Positions 26,027 through 36,218 of a DNA stretch of 64,000 bases are shown here, piece after piece. The notes under the pieces were generated by a model, which saw nothing but the letters and a program-made list of their open reading frames with translations, was not told the origin of the DNA and made no database searches. Within the stretch, counting starts at the first letter, position 1. Each line of letters starts with the position of its first letter. The stretch is from Candidatus Acidiferrum sp. (GTDB lineage Bacteria > Acidobacteriota > Terriglobia > Acidiferrales > UBA7541). Made by a program: the position numbers and the translations under genes. The DNA lies in assembly GCA_035576885.1 (NCBI GenBank), contig DATLVZ010000005.1, forward strand, positions 13,927 through 77,926. Direction: 5' to 3'.

Positions 26027-28579
26027 TCAGGGAAGACGAGCGGCCAGTTTTTCGTATATGTTTTTCGCTTCGAGCAGCCGTTTCAGCACATATTCTTTTT
26101 CGGCGGGCGAATTCCAGTCGGGATAATTCGACGTTATATCGATTGTTCGCTGAATCCAGGCCGCAAAATACTTAGCGTCCCCCGGCGAGCGCGGCGCTTT
26201 CCCGCCGATCTTCACGTAAATCGGGCTCGTTGTCGCGTAGACATATTTGTCCAACACAGGATACTCAGCTTCGTCGCTCGAAGTCCGTAGCAGGCACCAT
26301 CCGCTTTCCTTAAGCGGCAGCGTTCCTTTCACATCGCCCGAATCGCGCGCTCCTCCAACTTTTAGTGTTGCCGCAACTCGTCCGTTGCAAACCACTTCGA
26401 AATGATCCACGGGCACAATCGACCGCAATTTCGCCGTAAACGGCACAGCCGCCTGCGCACCTTCAAACATTAATTCGTCCCCAACTTGAAGTCCGCCTAG
26501 CGAAAACTCAATCAGCGGCCCATTCGTTGCAAACGTTCGCCCTTTCTTCAATGCTTCTTTCCAAGAGTCCACGGTCGGCGGCAAATCAGGCACCCGCGCG
26601 TAAACGCGATCCATACCAACATGCCCGCGTATGGGAGCCGCATAATCCGCGGTCGCGTCCGTTCCCGCGCCTGCGGGAATCCGGTATCCCAGGTTAAGCA
26701 ACCGGTACCAGACTGCCGCCGTCGAGGGGTGATCGCTGAACCCCACAATTTCCATGTAATCCAATTTGCCCAACGCCACATCCACGGGGAGCTCGTCCGT
26801 AATCTTTTGGGGAGGATTCGCGAAGGGGTCAGGCACTTCATCAAAAGGATGCACGGCTCCCACCAGCGCGCCTCGCGCGTACGCCATGTCATACACATCG
26901 GCATTCATCGGATACAAACTCGCCGCAGCCGTGTTCGGGTATCCAGCGTAACCGGGCAAGAGAAGGGAGCCTCGCATATCAATAAGTCCGCGGTGTCCCC
27001 AGTAGCTCGTGTGGAACTCCTGCCCGCTGATGATCACGACGTTCCCGGGAGAGAAGGTCACCTGATTCTCTCCAACACTCGCGATGTCCGGAAATCGCTG
27101 CTCCTTGTTGACGATCAGATTGTTGACGACCTGCAAGCCTTCCGCTTTTGCCTGCTCGGCCAAACGCTCCGAGACGTCCTGATAAGTACCACCGTAGTTC
27201 ATGTGCACGTGCAAATCCGCGCTGATCCAGTGCTTCGCATCGCGCAAACCATTCTCGAGAGGCTCCAGCTTGATTTCGACTCGCTTCAAATCGCCCGGTT
27301 TCACTTCGACCGTCTGTACAATCGGTTTGTACTCAAAGCCTTTTGTTGCATCGATCCTGATCTTGCCGCTTGGAACCGCCAGTTTGGCCAGCCCCTTCAT
27401 ATGGAAGTAATGCGCCTCGAACGGACGTTCTCTTTGGTCAAATCCATCATCGGCATGAATCCAGGCTGAATCGGAAGCCCAGAATCTGCCGCTTTCGTCG
27501 GTCACGGAAACACGCGCCGGCAAGTCGTTGCCTTTGCCATCCACGACGCGCAGCGCAATGGTTGCGCGCGGATTCAAATAATTCCGCTTTTCGATTTTCA
27601 AGTCACCCAGAGGCCCGCCAGGAACACTTTGGAGCTCGATTCTGGTGGTCGCCGCGCCGCCGTAGTTGGTGATGAACGCAAGCTTCTTGCCATCCGGCGA
27701 CCATCGAACATTTGTGCTATCCCAGTTGTTATAGGTGAGCGGAAAGCCGTCGCCGCCATTTGCTGGCATCACCCACAAGTTGTGCCACTGTCCGCCGAGA
27801 TACGAGCTGTAGACCATGCGCGATCCATCCGGAGAGAAATCCGGCCGCGCTTTCCAATTCGTTTCTTCGTAGTGAATCTCCCGCGCTTCCGATCCTGGCT
27901 CCGCTTTCATTCTCCAGAATCCGCCGCTTCCATGGATGTGTCCGCGGTTCGAAACAAAAAGAAGTTCCTTGCCGTCGCGCGTCCACACCGGATTGATCTC
28001 CGTATCGAATGCGCTGTAGTAGTACCGAGGCAGATCGTTCTTTGTCTCACCCGTCAGCCGCACCACATTTTCCAGCTTCCCGCTGTTCACCTCCGCACGA
28101 AAAATATGGAATCGCTTGTTGTACGAAGTCGAAACAAAAACGATCCGCTTTCCATCTGGCGACCAGCGCGGCTCCACGTTCACCGCGCCGGCGTTCGTCA
28201 ACTGCCATGATTTTCCCACCGCCAAATCCAGCAGCCACAATTCCATGGCATCGTTTTGATGGGAAACGTAAACGACGTACTTTCCATCCGGCGACCAATC
28301 CGGCTGGTAGTCATATCCCGGCCCATCGGTGAGTTGCTGCGCCGTTTTCGAATCGATCTGCTGGCGCCACAGCGATCCCGCCATCGAGTACACAAATTCT
28401 CGTGAATCCGGCGACCACGCCGCGCTGCTCGGGCCGCTTGTTAACTGCGGCAAATACATTTCGCGAAAGTAATAGGGATGTGGCAGATCAATTTTCGGAA
28501 GCACGGCTTTGCGTTGCGCGAAGAGGGGCGATACTGCCGTTCCCAGCGCAGCAAGAAAAAGCAAACTTCTGTTTAGCAC
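26027..28579 (-). CDS. Secreted TolB-like beta-propeller protein fused to a PHP/CehA-type metallohydrolase domain
   Basis: Repeated PD40-like units (WSPDSREFVY, WSPDGKYVVY, WSPDGKRIVF, FSPDGSRMVY, WSPDGKKLAF), then SADLHVHMNYGG...GQEFHTSYWGH...GAVHPFD. GTG 28579 with signal peptide VLNRSLLFLAALGTAVSPLFAQ is preferred; the track ORF extends to 28747, into the upstream gene. Confidence 0.7.
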   Translation of the reverse strand: MLNRSLLFLAALGTAVSPLFAQRKAVLPKIDLPHPYYFREMYLPQLTSGPSSAAWSPDSREFVYSMAGSLWRQQIDSKTAQQLTDGPGYDYQPDWSPDGKYVVYVSHQNDAMELWLLDLAVGKSWQLTNAGAVNVEPRWSPDGKRIVFVSTSYNKRFHIFRAEVNSGKLENVVRLTGETKNDLPRYYYSAFDTEINPVWTRDGKELLFVSNRGHIHGSGGFWRMKAEPGSEAREIHYEETNWKARPDFSPDGSRMVYSSYLGGQWHNLWVMPANGGDGFPLTYNNWDSTNVRWSPDGKKLAFITNYGGAATTRIELQSVPGGPLGDLKIEKRNYLNPRATIALRVVDGKGNDLPARVSVTDESGRFWASDSAWIHADDGFDQRERPFEAHYFHMKGLAKLAVPSGKIRIDATKGFEYKPIVQTVEVKPGDLKRVEIKLEPLENGLRDAKHWISADLHVHMNYGGTYQDVSERLAEQAKAEGLQVVNNLIVNKEQRFPDIASVGENQVTFSPGNVVIISGQEFHTSYWGHRGLIDMRGSLLLPGYAGYPNTAAASLYPMNADVYDMAYARGALVGAVHPFDEVPDPFANPPQKITDELPVDVALGKLDYMEIVGFSDHPSTAAVWYRLLNLGYRIPAGAGTDATADYAAPIRGHVGMDRVYARVPDLPPTVDSWKEALKKGRTFATNGPLIEFSLGGLQVGDELMFEGAQAAVPFTAKLRSIVPVDHFEVVCNGRVAATLKVGGARDSGDVKGTLPLKESGWCLLRTSSDEAEYPVLDKYVYATTSPIYVKIGGKAPRSPGDAKYFAAWIQRTIDITSNYPDWNSPAEKEYVLKRLLEAKNIYEKLAARLP

Positions 28580-28580
28580 G

Positions 28581-30905
28581 TTAGGCCAGGCCCGCTTTGG
28601 AAAGGGGCAGTTCGCGGATGCGTTTGCCCGTTGCGGCGAAAATCGCGTTGCACAGCGCGGGCGCAAACGCGGGCAACCCCGGCTCTCCCACGCCACCCGG
28701 GGGAGCGTCGCTCGGCACAATATGCACGCGCACTTCGCGCGGTGCATTATTCATGCGCGCCATCGGATAATCATTAAAGTTGGATTGGTCGATTGCACCG
28801 TTCGTCGCCGTAATCGCTCCGTAAAACGCGATGCTGCTCCCCATCACAGCCGCGCCTTCGAATTGATTCCTGACCATCTCGGGATTCACAACCGTCCCGG
28901 CATCGAGCGCCGTGTCCACCTGGTCGACATGCACGCGCCCAGCATTATCCAGATGGATTTGCACGACGGATGCGACGTACGTCAGGAAGCTGCGATGCAT
29001 CGCAATACCCATCCCTGCACCGTTGCCAAGTTTCTTCTTTCCCCAACCCGCTTTTTCTGCGGCCAGCTCGACGACGCGCTTGAATCTTGCCGTGTCGATC
29101 GGATATTGCGCGTAATCCTGGCCGTAATTCGTGTAGTCCTTCGGCAACTCGCTCTTCGGGATAATGCGATCCGGCCCCAAAAGTTGTAGCGTGTATTCAA
29201 CCGGATCTTTTCCGGCCGCTTGCGCCAATTCGTCGGCGAAGCACTGCAAACCGAACGCATGATAAATGTTCGCGACGGAGCGAAACCAGCCGATGCGCAC
29301 GTGCGCGGTGGCTGGCCCGTTTTCGGAGCGATGATTGGGAATCGCGTACGGCAAATCGCTGAATCCCAGCCCAAGTTCACCCGCGTCGGAATAGACCGCC
29401 TTGGCATCGAACGTCGAACCGATTGGCGGAAATACGGTCCGCTGCAACCACGCGGTGGGTTTCCCATCCCCGGCCAGCGCCGCTTTCATATACATCGCGG
29501 ACACCGAGTGGTATGAATCAAATTGGATGTCGTCCTCGCGGCTCCACACTACTTTGACTGGCTTCCCCGTTTTTTTCGAGAGCACCGCCGCTTCCACGGC
29601 AAAATCCGGAAATGATTTTCGGCCAAACGCGCCGCCCAGAAGTGTCACGTGCACCGTCACGTCTTCTTTCTTTGAACCGACGGCTGCCGCGATTGCGTCT
29701 CGCGCTCCCACCGGGCTCTGCGTCGGCGCCCAAGCTTCCACTTTGCCGTCTCGATAAACGGCGAGAGCTGCGGGAGGTTCCATTGCAGCGTGCGCCAGAA
29801 GCGGAGCGTAGTACTCCGCCTCGACAATCTTTCCGCCTTTCCCAAATGCGGCGTCAACGTCGCCAACTTCACGCACTACTTTTCCCGGTTTGCGTGCCGT
29901 CTCCTGCAATTCCTTTTTATAGAGATCCGAATTAAAAACGCTGTGAGAACTGGTCTCCCATTCGACCTTCAATTTCTTTTTGCCTTGAAAAGCTGCCCAG
30001 GTGTTGTCGGCCAGCACCGCCACGCCGCCAAGTGCCTGGAAAAGTACAGGCGGTTTGAAGGTGTCGATGGTTGTCGTTTGCTTCACGCCAGTTACTTTAA
30101 GCGCCGCTGAATCGTCCAGCGATTTCACGGTGCTACCCAATACCGGCGGATGGGCGACGCTTGCATAGAGCATTCCGTCCATCCGCGCGTCTAGTCCGTA
30201 TTTTGCTTTTCCAGTGCACAAATCTCTTAAGTCATAACTTGCTGCGGGCTTCCCGATGTAGCGCCATTTGCTGCGCGGCTTCAGTTTCAGCTCTTCTTTC
30301 TTTGGCACATCCAACTTCGAGGCGGCCGTTGCAAGTTCCCCGTACGCTAGCTTCTTTCCCGACGCGGTGTGAACGACATTGTGCAGTTCCGTCGAGCATT
30401 CTGTCGCCGGCACACCCCATCGCTGCGCCGCCGCGCGTACCAGCATCAGCCGCGCCGTTGCCCCCGCCTCACGCAGCGGGACAAAAAAACTGACTACGGA
30501 ATGTGAGCCATCCGTGTCCTGGTCCCCATACTTTTCAGCGCCGATGGCCTGCACAACCTTCACTCTCGTCCAATCCGCATCCAATTCATCCGCAACAATT
30601 CGCGGCAAGGACGTTCGCACTCCATTCCCCATCTCCGAGCGGTGCGCGATGATGTATGCCGTTCCGTCCGTATCGATCGCCAAATAGACGCTGGGACGCA
30701 GCGGCGCTTCTCCCATTGGCGGGAACGCATCACCCGCCGGGCCGCTGCCCGCTGCCGCAAGAAGCCGCTCCGGCACCACGGACACGCTGAGCACAAACGC
30801 GCCTGCTCTCAGCATTCCTTTCAAAAAATCGCGCCGGTTACTGCCCGTTTCGCTTTCGCTCTTGGAGATGTTTTTGATTCGAATCATGACATCCACGCTC
30901 CGCAT
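28581..30905 (-). CDS. Molybdopterin-binding subunit of a xanthine-dehydrogenase-family oxidoreductase (IorB / aldehyde oxidoreductase beta-like), Tat-exported
   Basis: 774 aa. Twin-arginine motif [17 protein letters not shown]. The size and sequence blocks resemble the isoquinoline 1-oxidoreductase beta subunit family as recalled. Confidence 0.65.
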   Translation of the reverse strand: MRSVDVMIRIKNISKSESETGSNRRDFLKGMLRAGAFVLSVSVVPERLLAAAGSGPAGDAFPPMGEAPLRPSVYLAIDTDGTAYIIAHRSEMGNGVRTSLPRIVADELDADWTRVKVVQAIGAEKYGDQDTDGSHSVVSFFVPLREAGATARLMLVRAAAQRWGVPATECSTELHNVVHTASGKKLAYGELATAASKLDVPKKEELKLKPRSKWRYIGKPAASYDLRDLCTGKAKYGLDARMDGMLYASVAHPPVLGSTVKSLDDSAALKVTGVKQTTTIDTFKPPVLFQALGGVAVLADNTWAAFQGKKKLKVEWETSSHSVFNSDLYKKELQETARKPGKVVREVGDVDAAFGKGGKIVEAEYYAPLLAHAAMEPPAALAVYRDGKVEAWAPTQSPVGARDAIAAAVGSKKEDVTVHVTLLGGAFGRKSFPDFAVEAAVLSKKTGKPVKVVWSREDDIQFDSYHSVSAMYMKAALAGDGKPTAWLQRTVFPPIGSTFDAKAVYSDAGELGLGFSDLPYAIPNHRSENGPATAHVRIGWFRSVANIYHAFGLQCFADELAQAAGKDPVEYTLQLLGPDRIIPKSELPKDYTNYGQDYAQYPIDTARFKRVVELAAEKAGWGKKKLGNGAGMGIAMHRSFLTYVASVVQIHLDNAGRVHVDQVDTALDAGTVVNPEMVRNQFEGAAVMGSSIAFYGAITATNGAIDQSNFNDYPMARMNNAPREVRVHIVPSDAPPGGVGEPGLPAFAPALCNAIFAATGKRIRELPLSKAGLA

Positions 30906-30997
30906 TCGAACTCACCGCCAACAACTCTAGAGCAACATCCTACCGCCATTCCTGTTACTTGCAAGCACGCGCCGGCGTTCCATCGATGCGCCAGTCG

Positions 30998-31537
30998 CTA
31001 ACCCTCCGGCCAGGCGCCGAGAGCGCGGCGTAGGTCCACGAGCTGACCCAGGTGATAGGCGTTGTGGTCCGCGAGAAGGAGCGCTTCCCGTAGAATAGTT
31101 TGCCCCTGGCCGTGGGGGATTTTGGCGAAAAGATCCGTGTGCGAATCTTGCACCAGATGTACCATCTCCTGCAGGTCGCGCTGGAAACCCGCGACGCTTT
31201 CGTTCCACGCTTTAACATTGGCAGGCGCCGGGGTTTTTGGCCAGTATCCTCCCGGAAAATCCGGCGAAACATGTTCTGGATTTTTGCTGAAATCCACGAT
31301 GTCCCACTGGGCGAGACGCGCATGCTCGAGCAGTTGCCAGCCGGTATGAGGCAGGCCATTCGCGTACGTTCCGTGTTTCCCGGCCGGGAATCCTTCTAGG
31401 GCATCCATGAAATGAACGTGCGCGCCCCCGCCTTTTAGAAGGTAGACGAGCTGCTCGCGCAAATCTCTATCTGCATTGCGAGGCGGCTTTGAGCTAGTTT
31501 TTCTTGTAACTTTCTTGGATGTTTTTTTCTTTTTCAT
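30998..31537 (-). CDS. DinB-family protein with a lysine-rich N-terminal tail
   Basis: No Cys residues. C-terminal ADHNAYHLGQLVDLRR resembles a DinB_2 metal-binding histidine motif. The N-terminus MKKKKTSKKVTRKTSSK is encoded by an A5GA7 tract. ATGA overlap with the upstream O-methyltransferase gene. Confidence 0.6.
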   Translation of the reverse strand: MKKKKTSKKVTRKTSSKPPRNADRDLREQLVYLLKGGGAHVHFMDALEGFPAGKHGTYANGLPHTGWQLLEHARLAQWDIVDFSKNPEHVSPDFPGGYWPKTPAPANVKAWNESVAGFQRDLQEMVHLVQDSHTDLFAKIPHGQGQTILREALLLADHNAYHLGQLVDLRRALGAWPEG

Positions 31538-32562
31538 TCTGGTTTTCCGGAGAGCAAGACCTGCTGGGGCATTCCCAGCACTGGGTGCAAGGTAGTTTTC
31601 GCAAATCCCGCATTTGCAAACATTTTTTCATATTCCGAAAGTGTATAGGCGTCCCCGGCATCAGTCCCCACGAGCATGTTGAGGCTGAAGGCCGCAGCGG
31701 CCGGCGGAGTCACACGGTCTTCATTAGGAACAAACTCGAGAGTGACGGCTTTTCCACCAGGTTTGAGCGCCGCATGGACGCGCCGCATCAATTTCTCGCA
31801 GGTTGGCTGATCGAAATGATGAAAGATATTCGTGAGCAGTACAAAATCGTAGCCCGTGCCCAGATCCGTCTCGAAGGCGCTCCCAGGACGTGCGATGTAA
31901 CGATCGGACACACCGGCGGTTTTTGCATTCTCGACCGCCACGGCTAGCACGGAAGGCCAATCCACGGCGACAATTTGCGCGTTTGGATTTTTCTTGGCGA
32001 TGGTGATGCCGTAGTTTCCGTGCCCTGCGGCAATATCCAGAACCCTGCAAGGTTTTCCTTCCGCAGCACCGATGAGGCCGGCGATGAAATTGGCGGCCGG
32101 TATCGTCAAAGGCGCCATCGACCTCGCGAACGCCACCCAGACGTCATCCTGCGGCTTGGTGTTGTCTCCCTGCACTCCAGCCGTCCCGCCTTTGCGCACC
32201 GCTCCGGTCAGAGCTTCGACATTTTTCTTGTGCCAGGGGCTGGCGAGAAAGCCAGTTACACTCGCAAGACAAGCTGGTGAGCGCCGGTCGAGAAAAAGTG
32301 CGGACTCTTCGGTCAACGAGTAGCGTCCTTCTTGTTTCGCCAGCAATCCCATGATCGTCAAGAAATCGCATAGGATGCGGACTCCGCGCTCGGAAGAGCT
32401 GATCTTCGCGGCAAGAAGAGCCGAGGTATTAGCCCCCGCACCGATAGCCGTGAAGACGTCCAGTTCAATTCCTGTTTTCAAAGCTTCGGTCTGCTGGAAA
32501 GCATTCATGAAAGTAAAAATGCGTTCCGGGGTCGGCCGATTTGTAGTGGATGGTGTCGCCAT
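31534..32562 (-). CDS. Class I O-methyltransferase (dimerisation domain plus Methyltransf_2 type)
   Basis: VLDIAAGHGNYGITIA (motif I) and VAVDWPSV...LLTNIFHHFD. 342 aa, the size typical of small-molecule O-methyltransferases. Confidence 0.7.
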   Translation of the reverse strand: MATPSTTNRPTPERIFTFMNAFQQTEALKTGIELDVFTAIGAGANTSALLAAKISSSERGVRILCDFLTIMGLLAKQEGRYSLTEESALFLDRRSPACLASVTGFLASPWHKKNVEALTGAVRKGGTAGVQGDNTKPQDDVWVAFARSMAPLTIPAANFIAGLIGAAEGKPCRVLDIAAGHGNYGITIAKKNPNAQIVAVDWPSVLAVAVENAKTAGVSDRYIARPGSAFETDLGTGYDFVLLTNIFHHFDQPTCEKLMRRVHAALKPGGKAVTLEFVPNEDRVTPPAAAAFSLNMLVGTDAGDAYTLSEYEKMFANAGFAKTTLHPVLGMPQQVLLSGKPE

Positions 32563-32703
32563 GAAGTTTTCCTCCGCAAGACAAGTTTTGTTGGTTTAAA
32601 TATACACCGGCCTAAGCCTCTGTTTCTCAGCTCAATTCCATTGCCCCCATCCCGGGTGGGCTGGCATACTTTCTCTCCCCGCGCGGCGTGCGGGGGACAA
32701 ACT

Positions 32704-33435
32704 ATGAAACGCGAATACCATCGTTGGCACTCCCCGCGGCTGGGGCTCGACCTCGGTGTCCTCGTCTACGGTCATTGGGGCCAGCCGATTCTCGGATTTC
32801 CGACCAGCGCCGGCGACGAATCTGAACTCGAAGGCATGAACATGATTGGCGCGCTTGCCGATTTCATCGACGGCGGCAAAATAAAAGTCTTCAGCATCAA
32901 TTCCATCAACGGGCTCAGTTTCTACAATAAAGGCGCGCATCCCTTTCACCGCAGTTACGTGCAATCCGTTTTTGATTCCTACCTTCGAGAAGAGGTGGTG
33001 CCTTTCATCTGGGACAATTGCCAAAGCCCTGGGATCGCCATTTCCACGATGGGCGCATCGTTCGGCGCCTATCACGCCGCCAACTCGCTCTTCAAGCATC
33101 CCGACGTAATCAAGCGGTGCTTCGCGATGTCCGGAGTCTACGACGTCCGTAATTTCATGGATGGAATGTACGACGACAATTTTTATTTCAACAATCCGGT
33201 CGATTACCTATCGAACATGAATGATCCCTGGTTTTACGAGCAGATCCCGACATGTGACATTCACCTGTCGACCGGCACCGGCCAGTGGGAGAACAGCGGC
33301 CCCACATATCGCTTGTCCGAGATTCTTTCGAGCAAGGGCATCCGTCATTCGCTGGACAATTGGGGTCCGGAAGGCGGGCACGACTGGCCGTATTGGAAGC
33401 ACCAAATGCGTGAATATGTAGCCCGCCTGTTCTAA
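32704..33435 (+). CDS. Esterase-family (esterase D-like) protein
   Basis: MKREYHRWHSPRLGLDLGVLVYGHWGQPILGFPTS...GASFGAYHAAN (GxSxG-like nucleophile elbow). ATG 32704 is preferred. Confidence 0.55.
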   Translation: MKREYHRWHSPRLGLDLGVLVYGHWGQPILGFPTSAGDESELEGMNMIGALADFIDGGKIKVFSINSINGLSFYNKGAHPFHRSYVQSVFDSYLREEVVPFIWDNCQSPGIAISTMGASFGAYHAANSLFKHPDVIKRCFAMSGVYDVRNFMDGMYDDNFYFNNPVDYLSNMNDPWFYEQIPTCDIHLSTGTGQWENSGPTYRLSEILSSKGIRHSLDNWGPEGGHDWPYWKHQMREYVARLF

Positions 33436-33471
33436 ATCAATCTCGAATGTCGCAGTGGCGTAAAATGCCGG

Positions 33472-34335
33472 TTACGACCACAGGTGCAGCCGAAGAGGCC
33501 TGTCGAGTTGAAAGCGAATCACCGATTCCGCGGGCACATGGACTTCTTTGCCACGCGTGATGATTTGCGCCGCCGCGCCGGCCCCGGCGCCGGAGGCCGC
33601 GCCAATGGCTGCGCCCCTGCCGCCGCCTGCAATGGCCCCAATGACCGCTCCGAGGACCGCTCCGCCGCCTACATATTCACCCGTCCGTCTGTTGCCTCCC
33701 ACCCCATCGCGACGATTCTGCAGTTCTTGATCCGCAGTGCTCACGCGATAGCGGCGTCCGGCCACCGAGATGGATTCTACGTCCAGCGTAATATCTCCAT
33801 TTGCCTCGAGTCGCCGCGTAATCAGCCTTACATCCGAGCCCCTGGGGATTACGACCGAGCCATTTTGGTCGCGAATCTCTTCACTTAACTGCGCCGAAAA
33901 CGTCTGTCCTTCAACCACGTCTCGCGAATCGATGCGCTCGTTGACCCTCACGTCCACTTCGGTGCCTGCGGGGATTACCACCCTTTCCAACGCCGCCTGA
34001 TCGTAGCCGCGGTTATCCTGCCTGCCATTCTGTTGGTCGTTGCCGTTGCCCGGATTATCCTGATGTCCGTAACCTTGGTCGTTTCGATGCTCTTGGCCAT
34101 CGTAGGGGTCGGGGGTGTCGCCGAAGCGCACAGCCACAACGTCAGTTACGAAATAACGACGTTGACCGCCCCTTCGGTCTCTAAACGTTATTGTTCTGGA
34201 GTTTGCCCCGATCAGCGTCCCCGAATAGCGTGTCCCGTCGCGCAGTATCAGCGTATCGCCCAATGCAGGTACGGCCACCGCAGCCGCCATAAGCGACGCG
34301 ATTAGTGCTGCTCTCGTTCCCAGTTTCAATGACAT
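33472..34335 (-). CDS. Secreted hypothetical protein with a low-complexity Q/N/G-rich linker and a C-terminal glycine-zipper
   Basis: Signal peptide [26 protein letters not shown]. Glycine-zipper [34 protein letters not shown]. Confidence 0.5.
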   Translation of the reverse strand: MSLKLGTRAALIASLMAAAVAVPALGDTLILRDGTRYSGTLIGANSRTITFRDRRGGQRRYFVTDVVAVRFGDTPDPYDGQEHRNDQGYGHQDNPGNGNDQQNGRQDNRGYDQAALERVVIPAGTEVDVRVNERIDSRDVVEGQTFSAQLSEEIRDQNGSVVIPRGSDVRLITRRLEANGDITLDVESISVAGRRYRVSTADQELQNRRDGVGGNRRTGEYVGGGAVLGAVIGAIAGGGRGAAIGAASGAGAGAAAQIITRGKEVHVPAESVIRFQLDRPLRLHLWS

Positions 34336-34743
34336 TTTCGTAGACCTCTCCGTTTTGAGTGTTGGCCCTATCGTCAGCCTGACCAAAGTAGAAAAATTCA
34401 GTGGTCCCGATTTTCAAGATCCGATGCGCGTGCGCATTTTCAGTGAGTTCGACCACCTCGCTGCTCGGGCCTGCGGCACTGCATTCAAGCAAGCATGTCC
34501 TTTTTCGAAGCGTCGCGCTGTCCCATTACGCACACATCAACCGGCGAAGTCTTCGACCTTCCTCAGTCCACGCAAGCGCCGCCTCGTCCTGTTTCGTGTG
34601 ATTCGAGCGAGTAACGGAGACGTTTCTTTGGCGTGAGAATCTGGTGGTCCGAGCCAGGCGCTCACCGAGAGTTGACAGGCGGCTACGCGGCTCGGATGCT
34701 CGTAGCCTAGCGATCGATGGAAGAGAACTTGCGGAGGGGCGGC

Positions 34744-36165
34744 ATGAAGTCGCGCGGGATCATCTGTTTTGGGATTTGTGTTTTGACGGTTACTGCTGCG
34801 CCGCTACGCGCTCAAAAACGAAGGGATGTTCAGTTCTGGCTTACCAATGCCGACAAATCCGCCCTCTTTGAGCCACAGACTCCCTCGCTGTATTTTTCCG
34901 GGGCCCCGAGCCGGGATTCCGCAGAAAAGCCCGCGATCATCATCAATGATCACAAGAAATTTCAGACCATCGACGGGTTCGGGTTTGCGCTGACCGGCGG
35001 CAGCGCCCAGCACCTCGCGCACATGGACCCCGCAAAACGTTCGGCTCTGCTTCAGGAACTCTTTGGCGTGGATCGCAAAAACATTGGGATCAGCTATTTG
35101 AGGATCAGCATCGGCTCCTCGGACCTGAACGATCATGTCTATTCCTACGACGACATGCCTTCTGGCCAGATGGATCCTGCACTGGCCAAATTCAGTCTCG
35201 ATCCGGATCGAGCGGAAGTAATCCCTGTTTTGAAAGAAGTTCTGGCGATCAATCCAAAGATTCAAATACTCGGCTCGCCGTGGTCGGCGCCCGCCTGGAT
35301 GAAAACGAATGAGAACTCCAAAGGAGGAACATTAAGACCCGAATATTACGAAACGTATGCAAAATATTTTGTGAAATATGTTCAAGGCATGAAAGCCGAG
35401 GGCATCAAGATCGACGCAATCACGATTCAGAACGAACCACTGAACGGCAAGAATACGCCAAGCATGCTGATGCCCGCGGAAGAGGAAGCACTCTTCATCA
35501 AAGACTACTTGGGACCTGAGTTCAAGACCGCGAAATTACATACCAAGATCATTCTCTACGACCACAACTGCAACGTCCCGGGCTATCCGATCTCGATTCT
35601 CAAGGACGCTCGCGCGCATCGCTACGTCGATGGATCTGGCTTTCATTTATATGAAGGCAAAATAGAGGCCATGTCCGAGGTGCACGACGCTTTTCCTCGC
35701 AAGAATTTGTACTTCACGGAATACATGGCCGCTGAGCCCACGGAAGGCTCAAGGATTTCGATCGCGAAGCCTGTCGTAAAGACATTTATCGGAGCGCTTC
35801 AGAACTGGAGCCGCAACGTTCTGCTTTGGAACCTCGCCGCCAATTCCAAATTTGAGCCGCATACCGGCAATGGAGGCTGCCCGATCTGCCAGGGGGCGGT
35901 GACCATCGATGGGAATGAAGTTACGAGGAACTTGGCGTACTATGCGATGGCACACTTTTCGAAATTTGTCCGGCCGGGTTCGGTGCGCATCGGTTCCAGT
36001 TCCCCGGCCACTCTTCCGAACGTCGCATTCAGGGCGCCCGGCGGAAGGCTTGTGTTGATCGTCGCGAATGACGGGAAGGCCGCGCAAGATTTTGTGGTGC
36101 GATCCCACGGCAAGTCTTTCAAAACCACCTTGAAAGAAGGAGCGGTGGGAACGTATGTATGGTAG
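34744..36165 (+). CDS. Secreted glycoside hydrolase family 30 (glucosylceramidase / beta-1,6-glucanase-like)
   Basis: Signal peptide MKSRGIICFGICVLTVTAAPLRAQ. GFGFALTGGSA...GSPWSAPAWMK...AITIQNEP (acid/base Glu context)...YFTEY. Confidence 0.7.
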   Translation: MKSRGIICFGICVLTVTAAPLRAQKRRDVQFWLTNADKSALFEPQTPSLYFSGAPSRDSAEKPAIIINDHKKFQTIDGFGFALTGGSAQHLAHMDPAKRSALLQELFGVDRKNIGISYLRISIGSSDLNDHVYSYDDMPSGQMDPALAKFSLDPDRAEVIPVLKEVLAINPKIQILGSPWSAPAWMKTNENSKGGTLRPEYYETYAKYFVKYVQGMKAEGIKIDAITIQNEPLNGKNTPSMLMPAEEEALFIKDYLGPEFKTAKLHTKIILYDHNCNVPGYPISILKDARAHRYVDGSGFHLYEGKIEAMSEVHDAFPRKNLYFTEYMAAEPTEGSRISIAKPVVKTFIGALQNWSRNVLLWNLAANSKFEPHTGNGGCPICQGAVTIDGNEVTRNLAYYAMAHFSKFVRPGSVRIGSSSPATLPNVAFRAPGGRLVLIVANDGKAAQDFVVRSHGKSFKTTLKEGAVGTYVW

Positions 36166-36218
36166 CAGGAAATCATGTCGAGATCAGGCAGTCGAGGAGG
36201 CGGCAAGTGAACTTAAGA

